From: Podarcis liolepis
Taxonomy: Eukaryota
Length of the DNA: 64,000 nucleotides
Assembly (NCBI GenBank): GCA_965112155.1
Contig: OZ218100.1
Strand: one strand, 5' to 3'
Shown: one piece after another, positions 12,376 to 27,018 of the stretch
Layout of the letters: each line of letters opens with the position of its first letter
Numbering within the stretch: the stretch's first letter is position 1
Position numbers and translations under genes: made by a program
The notes under the pieces: generated by a model
What the model saw: the letters and a program-made list of their open reading frames with translations, nothing else
What the model was told of the DNA's origin: nothing
The model's database searches: none

Positions 12376-12537
12376 GTGAGTGACTTTACATGGAGCCATG
12401 ATGGAACACAAGCACTGATCTCCTATAGAGATGGGTTTGTGCTAGTTGGATCAGTCAGTGGACAGAGACATTGGTCTTCAGAGATTAACCTGGAGAGTCA
12501 AATCACCTGTGGCATATGGACTCCTGATGATCTACAG
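12376..12537 (+). CDS. TULP4: TULP4 exon 3 (162 nt) VSDFTWSHDGTQALISYRDGFVLVGSVSGQRHWSSEINLESQITCGIWTPDDLQ
   Basis: ttttaag|GTGAGT ... CTACAG|gtaagg; phase 0-0. Confidence 0.95.
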
Positions 12538-15500
12538 GTAAGGTTGCTTTGAAAACAAAAATTGCCACACTCTGTGTGTATGTCAGGGTTGACCATGCAT
12601 TAATCGGTAAGCACCTTCCTGCTGCACACAGGACAAAAAGATGGTAGATTAATTTAGCTGTAGATTACTCTTGTAGCTGATGTCAAGCTACACAAGTGTT
12701 CAGTGGTAATTCACATCACATGGCTACATATACCCCCCTCCAGTCATATGTATATCAAGTATTGAAATGCTTGAAAACTGCTTGAGAGCACCTTCAGTAG
12801 TAGACATATTTGATGAGCAGTAGCATTGTTTTTAAATGCAGCCAACCCAGTCCAGTCCTGAGCTTGGTAATTGCTGCAGCATCCTACCTTCCTCTACTGG
12901 GGGAAAGAAAGTGTCTGAGGATAGAATAGGCAGACAGGGAAAGGGTTAACACATTCTCAGCACAAATTCAGGGAGGGAAGCTCACCTTGGGGTCAGAAAT
13001 GAGCCTCTGCTCATCTCTTGCTTTGTGCCTACCAGACCATGCCTTAAAAGACATGCTCACCCCAGGTGAGCTAGCAAATACATTTGTGGACTCCTAATCT
13101 CAAACCCAGTTCAGGGTGTTCTATTTTAGAAACCGGTCAATCTAAACCAAATGCAATATTCCATAATGAAGTGTTAATGAAATATTATACTAACACTTAA
13201 CATTTAGCTCTCTCTGTGGGTCTCATATCACTTTGAAGAGGGAATTAATTATCTTCATGCCACTCTTGCTAAGGTGCACCTTCTCAGCTGCTCATTTTGA
13301 TGTTGAGGGAAAAGAGAAAGAGAAATTGCTTGCTTTGCTTAAAAAATCTCCCCGGGACGAACCAATGCAAATCTCATTGGAGCTGATAAGAAAGTTCTCA
13401 TTGACTTCAGTGACCACAATTAAATGAAAAGGCTGGGTTCAGAACACAGATCTTCTGGCTCCCAGTTGTATTGTTTTAATTGCTAACCTGCAGTTGCTGT
13501 TCAGTTTTTAGTATCAACTTTCCTGACTGAAACATAGGCTTGCTTCTCTGCTCTCTCTCATTCTCACTTCTGTTTTGCTTACGGAGAGCTGGCCGCAGCT
13601 TCTGCTGCCTAAAATAAAAAATCAGGGAAAAGCTGATAGCATTTGAAATCCTGTCACAAAGCAAAATACTTTTTTAGTAAGGCCGTGTTTACTTGTTCTG
13701 CTGACGCTGCCACACCGCATGTGTCTTGGAGGTTGATCGCAAGACTGAGCCACAGAAATGAAGGCAGTGCAGCTGCTGCTTGGTCAGATGAAGCCGCAGC
13801 TGAAGGCAGGCAATTTTTAAAATTATTATTTTAGTCAGAATAGGCTATATTCTGTTAGAGAGTGGGATGAGGTGAGATTTGATATACAAAGGCAGCATGT
13901 GGCCATAGCAAGGGCCTAATCAAACCTTGCGCAGAAACTGCTCACCTAGACTTTTCACACAAAATTCTCTTTGGATGCCAAATCCACAGTTCCTAACACC
14001 ACATGGTTAACATTCCATCATGCTCTTTGTTAATCGATATGGGGAAGGTGGAAATGCCCTCTGATTTTCCGAGATACGTCCTCAGCATGAGCCTTCTTCG
14101 GCCAGAGGCCTTAAAATATCTAGGCCAGGGTTCAGCTATCAAGCAACAACATTAGAAGAACAGCTTGCTACCTGGAAGCCATTATCCCCCCAGGAGCCAA
14201 ACGGCGGCTTAGACCTATTTTCAATGTTGCTCTCTGAAAATGCCAAGAAATACGAACACCGTGTTTTGCAAGCTGTAACTCCAAAAGCATTCTTTGATCC
14301 CCCTATGTTTGTTACATTTCTGATTCTTAGGACCACACAAAATAGAAGCAGAAAGCTTTTAATTAATTAGGCAGTACATTTAATGTTGCATGGAATGGAG
14401 TCAATGACTAAATTGCCAGTGTAAAATAGAGCAGTATAACCAATAACAGCGCAATTCAGGGAGTTCAAATATAACAAGGGAAGAATACTTGAGCTCATAT
14501 CATCTTGATTCTCTTGTTGTGTAAACAAAACATTCTAGCATATAATATTTTGGGCTATTTTTAGAATTACTTTAGGTTTTCTTGTTAGTCTTGGCATTTA
14601 AAATTAATGACCTCTGGTTGCTCATGCTAAGAGCTTTATGAATGTTTTATATTCCATTGCTGCTCTTTTTGGACTGAAAACGTGGCTTTCTTTCTATATA
14701 TAGAAGGCTTACATTTTAGTGAGACCTGCCTGCTTTTATATAGTTATAAATTATGGAAACAGACAACACTGCTTAGCTTCTTGCTCAGTCACCTGTTTTA
14801 TGAGTTTCTGTGAAATGGTTAATAGATCCTGTGTAAAAAGATTGCAGTCCATTGAACTCAGTGGGACATGCATAGGATTGGACTCTGAGTCAAGAAAATC
14901 ACTGCTGCCTTGGCAGTGCTTATTCTTGTCATCAGCCAAATATGTTTTTCTGGGATTGCTTTGAAGTAAAGCATAAAACTTTCTTTTAAGTAGGGAACCA
15001 ACAACTGAGGAGTTAAGTGTTTCTTGTCAGATCAGTATAGTGCATTCTGTGTCCTATATAAATACCATGGGGGTGATAGTGGATTTACATATAACAGTCA
15101 AACAAAGTAATTAAGTCACTTATTAATCAGGATTAATAGACACTCTCCTAGAGAGAAGGAAAGCCTTTTTTTAAACATACAATCCAACCAGTAGGTTCAG
15201 AGTGTCTCTCACACTCTCCCAAGAATTTTATAGTACTGATGAAAAGCTGTAAAACTTTTGGTGCATATAGGATCTGCAACCATTTAAACCTGGAAAGAGC
15301 ATTTTCAATATGAAAATCTGGCTGTTTTTTGTTTGTTTTTTAATTGCCTTGAAAAAGTTTATGCAGCTCATCTCCTGCCCCAGCTGCTCTCAAGTCATAC
15401 TTGGTAGTAGTCTACAAGAACAAAAATCCCTTTCCAATATTGAATGTTCAGGGACTCTAAAGCTGGAGAACTCACACTCTTGATTTGAGGTACACCCCCC

Positions 15501-18500
15501 TGGGACCTACGCCTGGACCTGCTGCTTTGATTTGAAGGTGTGCTTTGGGCTTTAATCAGTTCATAGTTTCTGTACCTTGGATAGTGAAAGGACTGAATAT
15601 GAGACGGTTGTGAAGACTGTAGAGTCATTTTCTGGTCTTTCTATACTAATAAATGGCCAAATGGGTGAACGGAAGCAAACAGAGATTCCCTTTAAGCCTT
15701 TTGCCATTGTACCTCTGACAAAACAGATGTAGTTTTCACTTACTGTCTCCTTTCCAAGGAGTGCCTTTTTCCAAGTGGACTTTGATTGTGAGCAAGTATT
15801 CTTCATCTGTGGGTTTTCTCCACCATCCCTAACAATTATGCCTCTGGCTGGGGGGAAGGCAGGCGGGGAAGATAAGGCACAGCTGATCTAGAAGGCACAG
15901 CTGTCTGCAAATTATTAAAAACCTCCAATCAGCCAAGGCCTCATCTTTTAACAGGCAAAACACTGAAGAGGTAGGCAGCTTACACAATATAGCTGCCATT
16001 TGGATCACTGACCAAGGACAGCCTGCTTTTGTCAATGGCCTTGTAGTGTTGAATGACTAAGCAGAGACAAAGATATAGATCTTGAAATGTTCCTGTCAGG
16101 ATGGCTGCAACCTAAGAACTTCATTTATTTCTTGTTTTCTTAAAAGTTGATTGACTTACAGTGCAATCCTACGTGTTCTTACCCTGGAGTTAGTTGTACA
16201 GTCTTCAGTGCGACTTACGTCCATCTAAGTTTGCATAGGATTGCACAATCCCATATTTTGATCCCTAAGCTTCCATATTTTGATCCCTAAGTCAACATAA
16301 CATGGCAAGATCCAAATAACCTTCCAAGCTCATTTAAAACATATAATTAAAACAAACCAGGCAAAACTAGTAAGCTCCTAAAATAGAAAACATCAGTGTC
16401 ACACTAACCATACCAGCAATTCTATACTGATAATTCTTGGATCCTGCTAGTTAGCAGTTTTCCACACTGACACCTTTTTAAAAGAATCCTCCATGATTTC
16501 TCAGCAGTGGTTGGATTTAGTTTTTTGCTGCAGTAATGATTGAACATAATGTAATGGGAGATTAGTCAGTGCTCTTCATTTCCTTAAACAGAATGAGCAA
16601 GCCTCTTGAATATATTCAGATTCCCAATCAACCGTACTGCATAAACGAATCCTAAAAATGTTCATGTGAAAGAAGGCCCTTTAACATTAGTGGACTGGAA
16701 CTGAAATGGAAGTACGCATGACTAAGATTGTAGGGCAGAGTTTAGTTTTCCAGGCATGATGCTCTTAATGCATTTGCCCTTTCCTGGATTATGTTGTATG
16801 TCTTCTATAACCTGCCAAAATGTGCAAGCCAGAGCTTGTTCAATACATCAGGGAACAAAACATGCCCAAGGGGAAGATATCTGTAGGTTACAGTCAGCCT
16901 TATCTTAGATGATGTACCTTGGCTGTTTGCTAACTGCTATTTTAAACAACACAAAAGCCTTGCCTCCTCCATTCTGTATTTAGGTGGAAACTTTCCTTTA
17001 TTTGTTGCTGTCAGGCTTGTAACACATTGATTTTCCACCTGTCCTATAATGCTCTAGTTCCACCTGATTGAGTCACATTGTTTTTTGCCAATTTTGCTCC
17101 AGGGACAAGCATCCACATTGGTCATCAATGGTTGACTACTCATTGGTCCAGCATCCCATCATGCTTGTAATTCACAATCATCTGTAAATTGCTCCTGGAT
17201 GACAGTTAAAATAATTGCAGCAGTGTTGTATCATTTCCCCATCATTTATGCTCCCCAGTGTGGGGACATTTTCAAGTATTAGAAATTTTAAACATATTCT
17301 TGCATTGATTTTATTAGAGGTATAAAGTTGTTGCTATATTCTATATGAATATTTATCACTAAATACTGAATTTCCTCCTTCTTCCAGTTAATCTTCCCCA
17401 ACCAACTATTCACTTTTCTTAAAAAAGAAATGCAGGATTTTAATATTACTATAATTTATACTAAATCTGATAATTTATACATAATTTTGATTGCTAATAA
17501 ATTAACAAATTTCATAAAAAATGTTATCTGCAGATAGACTGGTTTTATGCTCTACATTAACAAATCTTGATACTTTGATTTGTTCATGTTGCCTAATTAC
17601 ATCTGCTAAAATTAAACTGAGATAATGAACAACGATGCCAACAAGAAGCAATAATATCTAAATTCTTTTCAAAGCCAAATCAGTTTAAATATTCTATTAG
17701 ATAAGCCCACTCTAACATATCATACGCTTTGTCTGCATCAAGGACAATACTGTTGGTGTTCTTTCTTTTTAATCGTTTTGATGATGTCTCATGTTCTTTA
17801 AATATTTGATTTCAAGGACCTATTTTCTATAAAACCAGTTGGGTTTATGCTGATATATTTAAGGAAGGTTTTTCTGTAATCTGGAAACCAAAAGTCAATA
17901 TTTTATAACTAGTTTTTCAAACTAGTATAGGGTGGGGGTGGGGTGGGGTTAGCTATAGGATGACCACAGGACAGATGGGGATGTAGAATTGAAAAGGAAA
18001 AAAGTGCCTGATGGGAATCAGTGAAATGGAGAAAGAAGCAAGTTTGTGGGAAAGAGCAGGAGAGATGGCAGGGATGAAGAAGATGAAAGCTTCAGTCATG
18101 ATGGCTTTAGAAAATGTTGTTTGTGGAAGAGTAGTAGTTATGACATGGTACCCAGTATTGCCCATAATCCTAAAAGAGAATTTAAAGGGGATTATGGATT
18201 TTTGGAATCAGGAACTCCACTTATTCCTGGTTGATAAGGATATACCGGTATATTTTTAATAGCTGTTTGCTTTGTCTTGTATTCACTGTGGATGTGGGCA
18301 GTTTAGCATTTCAGATTACTTGAAATATGATAATAGAGAACTGTCTTAGAATCATAGAATCATAGAGTTGGAAGAGACCACAAGGGCCATCGAGTCCAAC
18401 CCCCTGCCAAGCAGGAAACTTCTTCTTCAGCCTGTTTTTATTTTTAATCACATTTGCATTCTTGTTAACTATGATGCTTTCTTATTTTGCCAGGTCCTCT

Positions 18501-21500
18501 TTGGCACTGCTGATGGTCAGGTTATTGTCATGGATTGCCATGGCCGAATGCTGGCACATGTTCTCCTTCATGAATCTGATGGCATCCTGAGCATGTCCTG
18601 GAATTACCCGAGCTTTTTGGTGGAAGATAGTAGTGAGAGTGACACTGATTCAGATGACTACTCCCCACCTCAAGGTCATTTTGCCTCCATTTTTTGTTCA
18701 TTGAATGTCTGTGGCCTGCTTTTCACTGAAATGGTAAAGTTGTGTGACACGCTTGAATGCCGTTCCATAGAAAAATGTTCTTTCCACATTGAAAAACTCC
18801 ACATCGAAGGGTAGGCTAGAACTCTTGTCCCTGTTGTCTGCTTTTCTATGAAGAGGGATTTATTGTTATTCTGAGCATTTGGTTGTGTAAGCCTGCAGCT
18901 GCAGATTGAAATGATGCAGCCAAGGACTATAGTGAAAATGATTTATTTATTCATTCATTCATTCATTTAATTTCATTTATTAATTGCTTCCTTCAAAACA
19001 TCTCAGAGCGATTAACAATCATAACATCAACACTGAAACCCTTTAAGTACAATTCCATATATAAAAACAATGAAAACAATTCCTTATATAAACAAGTAAT
19101 TAAAACAACTTCATGGAAAACTTCAAATCCAGTGAAGATTCAGATTGCATTGGTAAACCTAACATATACAGCATGTTTGTATTGACAGTGCTTTTAATGG
19201 CATTAGCATCATGCAATTGCTATTAACAAGGCATCAAGTTTTGCACAGGATAATATATGACCATGATATCCTTTATGGTTAATCTGCAGTTACCCATACT
19301 TTGTAGAATATAGTGGTCCTGAAGAATGTAGCTCCCCCTTGACATCCTTAAATTACTTGTTTTCTTCTTGTTATGTTATATATTTTAAAAAATAAGATGA
19401 ATGTAAGAAGCCTCCTTTCCTTTACTCCTTAATGCAAGAAAACCAGAAATGGTGCAAAGATGTTCAAATCAAATAGAGATTAAGTTATTGTGCTTTTGCA
19501 TATTACTTAATCAAAAGGAGGATCTGAGAACACGTTTTTCTTCTCCAGTGAATGACCTGCTGCCCCTAGTTAAAAGAATAAACTCCAAATTTGATGCCTG
19601 ACTTTTAATAACAGAGCAAGAAGCAAGATAGAATGGACCTACACTTTCTACAACAGAAAAAAATGCACAGCCAGAACAAAGTAGTTTAAAAGCTTGCATG
19701 AAACAAAGTTGACTGTGAATTAGCACACAGATTCAAACCTATGCAATTCTGGGTCCACTTCAGGTGCAACTGTAAGAAAGAAACATTTTTGACAATGTTG
19801 GTTTCAGTGAGGAAACTTCCTTCAATTTTTTTTTAGGAAGGTTAACAACACTGGGGAAAATGTACTGCATGAATGTGACTTTCGTGACATACCTTCAAGA
19901 CTCTAACTGTGGTTTCATACCGAGTGTCATCGTTGCAAAGAGAGAGAAGGTTGAGGGGAAATATCAGGGTTCCCCAACTGCAAGGAGGGCTCTACTCAAC
20001 CTTTGAGTGAACACAAGCAAAAGCCTCCTTCAGACCTTTCCTGCTTCAACACAGGGTGTATAGGTTGGGGACTGAGTACAAAATGGGCCCTTGAAGAATG
20101 ATTATTCTGAATTGTGTTGCACCTGAAGTAAGTCTTTCTCCATGCACCTGGAGTTCCTGCCTTTTATTGGTTGGGGCAGCAGGCATCTGGGTGCAAGGGC
20201 CAGGGACCCTTCCATTCCTCACTCGCTCTTCTAGGACAATAGGAGCAAAAACGCCCCAAAGTGTGCTTAGCATGGGGGCCACTGGCTTATTGTTGACAAA
20301 CCCTTTTGCTTGCTTAGGACACTTCCCTGCAATGGCAGATGCATACATGAGGGTAAATCAAATATGCACAACATCCTTAGAGGACTGTGCTACAGTTTTC
20401 CTTTGTCGGAGTGTGATTAATGAGAGGTGTGATACTAGGTTTGTTATAAGATAGGTTTACTGTTCTAGGCAGGAACATTGTAACTTCTGGTGCATCCCTT
20501 TAGATGAGTGAAGGAGGCTAGTGTGTAGTTGATGCTGAGTCAATCAGGAGTGGGTGAGCTTGGTAGCTTCCAATAATTATTCTGATATGACGTGTCCTTG
20601 TGAAGTATCACTTGTTCTTCATAAACCTTTCAAAGGAGACATGCCTTTGACTCACATACATGACTAGGAGGGGCTTAATTGGATTTTACTTACTTCTAAA
20701 ACTATGCCAATTATATGGTGCTGGCTTTTAAGTCACCGTCCACAGGACAATTTCCCTGTAGTTCAATTACCTCATTTTAACACATAAGCACATGGATAAC
20801 AACATTTGGTTCCGTTCACAACTGAATGTAGCCTAATGTATGATTAGTGAGAATATGCTTAACTGGTGCCTGGAGAGCACCTTTCTCTTGGGACAGCAGC
20901 ACCTTCTGTCAAAGCTAGTTACATAAAACAGAGAATGAAATAGTGAATGCTGCAGATGGTGCTGTAGGCAATTTAATATTATATACAAAGGAAGTTAAAC
21001 ACTGAAGAATGATCTTGTCAAAACCAGACTCTCTTTTATAATGGCACAGAATAGCGTTTAGCCAACTGGTGTTCTCAGGGCATGTAGTTAAGCCCATTCT
21101 GATGCTCCAGACTCCCATTTTGGGATCCAGTCCTTATGGAGGACCAGTTTCTATATTAAAGTCTATGTCATGTAGCAGTAAGGGCTTAACAGAGCTGAAG
21201 TATGCTTGGTCCAGTACCATGAGGTCTTCAGTCTGGAGGGCTGAGGAGGGGAGGTGTTTCTTGAAAAAAAATCTTGAGTCAGATTGGTAATAGTCCCTTG
21301 GCTTTTGAGAATGTGGACGAGATAGCAGTGCAAGAAACTTTTTATGAAATGAACACGGTGAATTATTGCTTATTTTTCTTTCAACAGAAAGCTGTGAACA
21401 AATTGCTTTTTTGAATCCCACCTTGACTAGACTTTCATAAGGTGATAGTAACGCTACTTCAAGGGCCAGGTCTGGCCCACAGCTGCCAGTTGGCTACCCC

Positions 21501-24500
21501 TGGCTTAGAGGCTGAACATTGCTAGGTATCACAGAGAGGTGCAAACTGAACAGATTCTTTGTACGAAGGCCCCTCTACCTTTTTATTTCCTAGCATGGTT
21601 GGCACTGCCTCCATGTTTGCGCCCATTATGGGCCAGGATGGTTGCTTCTGACTCCATTCTTTTCCTCATACAGCTCCAGGGACATGTAAATATTCCCACT
21701 GTGCAGGATCACTGAGGGCACATTAGAAGAATTGTGTCATTTGCATAACACTGCAGAGACCATACCACAGTGCTGTGGCGTGAGGGTGGGGTTTATTCCT
21801 TAGCAGTATTTGACAGGGTAGGAAAACATCCCCTGAGTGTCACAGCTCTTTGCACAGTCAACAGGTGATGAGCTAGAAACCTTGGTTCAAACTTCTTCCT
21901 AAAAGTTTTTTCCCCCACCCTGCAGATGGTCCAGCTGCATATCCAGTTCTGGTGCAGAACACCAAACCGCTGCTCACTGTCAGCTTCACATCAGGAGACA
22001 TTAGCTTAATGAACAACTATGACGACTTGTCTCCTACCATCATCCGCTCAGGGTTGAAAGGTACGCAAAGGGAGACTTGTCTTCCTGCCCTGCTCCCACC
22101 GCTTCATTTTCTGCTTTAGATCTTGATTGCTTTGACATGAATATTTCAGCATCTGTCTCTTGAAATGCAACACCCATCTGCAGCGATTTCCACTAACAAG
22201 AGTGACGCCTGCTGGTGAAAAGAGCACATCTCAACAAGAGGATTCCTTCTGAAATAAACTGGTAGCCTGTCTTACATTCTCTGGCGCTCGACAGCAGCAA
22301 ATGAGAACCATGTGCTTTTCAAAATAACCTGCCTCACAGCTTGAGGCAGTGACCAATTTTGTTTTGCTCTCCTCTGTTCTGTTCCTTCAAGGGTTTTGGG
22401 AACCAAAGCTGGAAGGCTGGCGGGTTCCAAAGTTATTTTAGTTTGAGGCAATGTTTCCAAAGGCTTAAAAGTGGAACTTCAGGTTTAATTCAGTTGAAGC
22501 AGTAGCTTCAGTCAGCAGAGTGAATGAAGGCTGGCTCCACCAACCTCAGCCTGCCTTTAGCCAGACCCCACCTGCCTGCCTCCTTACAACCAGACCAGGA
22601 GGTGGCCCGGCCTGTCAGCTTCCTCCTCCTCAGTCTCAGGGCTGCCTTTTGTAGAAATTAGCAGGGAAAGGGAGGTGGAGGGATTAACCCTCCCGGTTAG
22701 TGGCAGTAACCTGTGGTTTTGGTTAGCCAAGGGAGCAGTGGAGGCCCCCGCTGCCTCCAGTGGCCTGCTTACTGAGTGTAAGGGTGTGGGATTGGGCCCA
22801 TTTGCTAAGTGTAGTAAAGCGAACCTCCCCCCCCCCCCGCCCTTTGTGATTTCAGATGTAGTGGCTCAGTGGTGCACGCAGGGAGACTTGCTGGCTGTTG
22901 CAGGCATGGAAAAGCTAAGCCAGCTGGCTGAACTCAGCGGTGCTTCCTTTCTGAAAAGTGCACTGGTCAAGTTCTACAATGTTCACGGAGAACATATCTA
23001 TACCCTGGAGACTCCTGTGCAGGTAAAGATTACTCTGAAGTGAGATTTTGAAACAGGAGCATGGGAGAATAACAGCCCACAAAAACAACTCCTAGCGGGG
23101 GATATTATATCAAGGGAGGTTTGCCCAGTGATGATGGTCACTATAATTTAGATAATTTTATATGTAGGTCTCCCCACACACAACAAATAAGTTTTGATTC
23201 CATGCTATTAGTTACAATAATATTCAATGAAGGATGAAAATTAATGGAGAAATCTGTATTTTAAAACAAAATGTCTTCTGGTTACTGTAATAAATTGATA
23301 CCGTATCTTAGCGAAATTGTAAGTTGTACAGTCCCCAGAGAATTCTACTACTTGAACATACAGAAAAGCCCTGAGACATTAGGGTTTTCCAAAATAGAAT
23401 GGGTCTTAAAATGTGCTTCAATGAGAGGAAAACATCTGAAATGTTACTTTTCATGCAGCGTCCCATAATCTCAATCTGCTGGGGTCACAGGGACTCCCGC
23501 CTGCTCATGGCTTCTGGTCCTGCCCTCTATGTTGTCCGAGTGGAGCACAGAGTGTCCAGCTTACAGCTTCTGTGCCAGCAAACCATCGCTAGCTCCTTGC
23601 GGGATGACAAAGATATCAGTAAATTGACTCTGCCTCCCAGGCTCTGCTCATACCTCACCACTGCCTTTACACCAACGATCAAGGTAAACAAATGGCTGGG
23701 TGTTAAGTGTATCAGGGTCAGTAGACAAAGGTAGATGGAGCTAAACAGCTGACAGTAGCTGAGGTATAAAGCGCACAAGCAGGGAATGTTTGACTGGTAA
23801 TAAACATTCGGATTGCACTCTGAGGCTGCCATCTCAAACACTTATTTGGGACTCTGTCACCTTGAATGCCTTGGGACTTCTGAGTAAATACACCTAGGGT
23901 TGCATAACCGTGCAGAACAGCTTGTAGGGTTTTATCACTGTCGTTTTGAGAGGGTTGTGATGGCCGTTTGAAGAGCAGTGCAGGGCAACCTGACTAAGGG
24001 ATGTTTCACAAATGTAGTTTTCTTGTACAGGTTAAGCAGTCCAGACTGCCCTCAGGCATGTTGGTGTACCGAGAGCTTATTAATAAAACCAGTCAATCAC
24101 AACTGCTGCCAGCCGCAGTTTGTAGCTGTAATGACATTTTCCACATCTGCTTCAGTTGTGGCCAAGTGTATCCATGATTATTATTAATGACTGCAGTGGT
24201 AAATTCTGCCTTTAAATTAATAAAACAATTAATTTTGTTAATTAAAAATGATTAGAAAGGTCACACATTATATTAGCCATGCAAATGTATGGGAGGTGGA
24301 TGGGAATGCTTTGGGGTAGGTGTAAACTTTGTGCATGAACAGAGCCTGGTGAATGGGCCTTTATTTAAAGGTTTCCCAGGACAAGGCATAAAAGCTACCA
24401 GCTAGATCGCAACACCTTTTGCCTGGCTCTTATGAGAACTTCTTGAGAAATCTGATCTCAGTCCCTGTGCTGTTGACAATCTTTATACTTCTGTAAAAGA

Positions 24501-26972
24501 AGCAAGCACATACAGTCATACCTCATGTTACGTTTGCTTCAGGTTACGTTCTTTCAGGTTACGTCCCACGGCGACCCAGAAGTACTGGAAAGGGTTACTT
24601 CTGGGTTTCGCCACATGCGCAAAAGTCCTAAATTGCACTTCGCACATGCGCACAAGCACCAAATCATGCCACGCACGTGTGCAGATACGGCGCTTCAGGT
24701 TGCACTCTTTTCATGTTGCGAACGGGCCTCCGGAATGGATCCCGTTCGCAACCAGAGGTACCACTGTATTACTGGTGGATGCTTCTTGGTCTCTCTGCAG
24801 TCCTGGTGCATCATTCCAGAAGTGGTCACTTCTCATTTAAAATGTAGCTAGCTTTTTGTGGTCCTGATTTCTTTTATTGTTTTATTAATTTAAAGGCAGA
24901 ATTTACCACTGCAGTCATTAATAATAATAATAATAATCAGAAGCATGAAAAAGCAACACGAGGGAAAACTCTTCGTATGACTCACAATTTTTCCTCCTAT
25001 ATTTAACTCAGCCTCCTATCCCAGACCCCAACAACATGAGAGATTTTGTTAGCTACCCAACATCTGGCAACGAAAGGCTTCACTGCACAATGAAGCGGAC
25101 AGAAGATGACCCGGAGGTTGGAGGGCCTTGCTATACACTGTATTTGGAATATTTAGGGGGTCTGGTGCCTATCTTGAAAGGGCGCCGAATTAGCAAACTG
25201 CGGCCTGAGTTTGTCATCATGGATCCAAAGACTGACGGAAAAGCAGGTACAAGGCATTAGGCAACTTTTCAGTGCCGATTTCTAGATTCCGGTCCTGTGC
25301 AGAGACCCTCAAGTGTTGCAAGTTTACTGCACGTGAATTTCTCGTGCAAACCTCGTTGATTTTATTGTATGTAACTGATCTTCACATGGGAAAAGATATG
25401 CCCACAAATACACTCTTTGTTGAAATGTGTCATTCTTGTCGGTCGAGCGTCATGTACTCACTGGAGCTCCCGCTTGTGGAACAAATTAGTGGATTGGGTT
25501 GTGGAGGTGTGTATCCTGTTAATGCCCCCAAACCGTGCATCCACACAAGAACCCCTGGCAGTACTCTTTCCCTGCTCTCATCAGCCATTCTGAAAGAGAC
25601 TCAGTAACAGGCATAGTTCAAGTCATCTTCCAAGTTTCAGTACATTATAATATTCAGTGTCCTGACAGGAGAGGGAAGATTCTCTAATTAGCTGTAGACA
25701 TTTTTCAGTGTCAGAGAGATGCCTGTCAACTAGCATAATTGAGCACCATCCGCTTGATTTTAGGCTATTGCTGATTCTGCATGAGTTTCAAAGAATACGC
25801 TGTGCTCCTTGCTGCGGTTGTATCTCGGCTATTGCTTGTAGGATATCCTAGAAATGATTGACAGTTGTAATTGGGATTTGGTTTCTGAAACTTTTTTTTT
25901 TTAAATGGGGCCTGTGTTGACAGATGAAATCTATGGAAACAGTTTGATTTCCACCGTGATTGACAGCTGCAACTGCTCTGATTCCAGCGATATTGAACTG
26001 AGCGATGACTGGGCTGCAAAAAAGTCTCCCAAAATCACTCGAGCTAGCAAATCACCCAAACTTCCCAGGTAATCATTTTGGTATTTTCAAAACTCCACCT
26101 TGCTTTTTCTCCTGGGTCTTTGAATTCCTTTTTTATGCTGAGAGGGCACCCTATACACTTAGAACAAAGGGGAACCTTTTCATACAGGCATCAGAAACGG
26201 GCTGCTTCAGAAATGTTAGGGTTCTTTTTGCTGTGAAACATTATTAAGGCCCACAGAGTTCTTCTCCTCTGTGATTAGCTACAAGCATAATACAGACATA
26301 ATCCCCCTATAGTTCTGGTGTCCTGTCCTTGACAGTTTCAAATGTTCACATAACAGTGCAGAGTACTTGTTAGGTTATTTGCTTGCTACTAGTGAGTGTT
26401 TTAAGCAGAGTTCTATATATTGTGTGTGTGTGTGTGTGTGTGTGTGTGAACGTGCGCACACGTACACGGTGCAAAAAATAATAAATCAAATTCTGTGATT
26501 AGGATAAAACCACCTACTTGGATTTTAATTTGTTGACTTAGTTTACATACTGTGTCCTAGTTCCAAGACTGGCTTTTCAAAAATTTGGAATAATTGGCAC
26601 ACACTGAGAAAATCAGTGTTTGGGAATAAATTCTAGGTATATAGTATGGGCAACGACCAGTGAATGATAACAACCCAGGGTGCTGAAGTTCCACCCCTGG
26701 ACCACCATTGTATTCTACTATATATCCTAGATATATATCAACATAAAGAAATTACAACAATCTCTCTCTGCTCAGACTTTTGAGAGCAAGGTTCCAGATT
26801 TGCTACTGGTGCTAGGAGAGTGCTTAGCTCCCTTCCCTGAGAAACATGTTCTCTAAGCACTATTCTGCTCTCTGCTTATGGGACACCGTGGTCTGAGTTG
26901 TGTATTTTGATCTTTGTGGGGCTGGGCTAGATATCTCTTTTTCCATTCCAGAACAACAACAACAACTACTAC

Positions 26973-27018
<46 letters not shown>

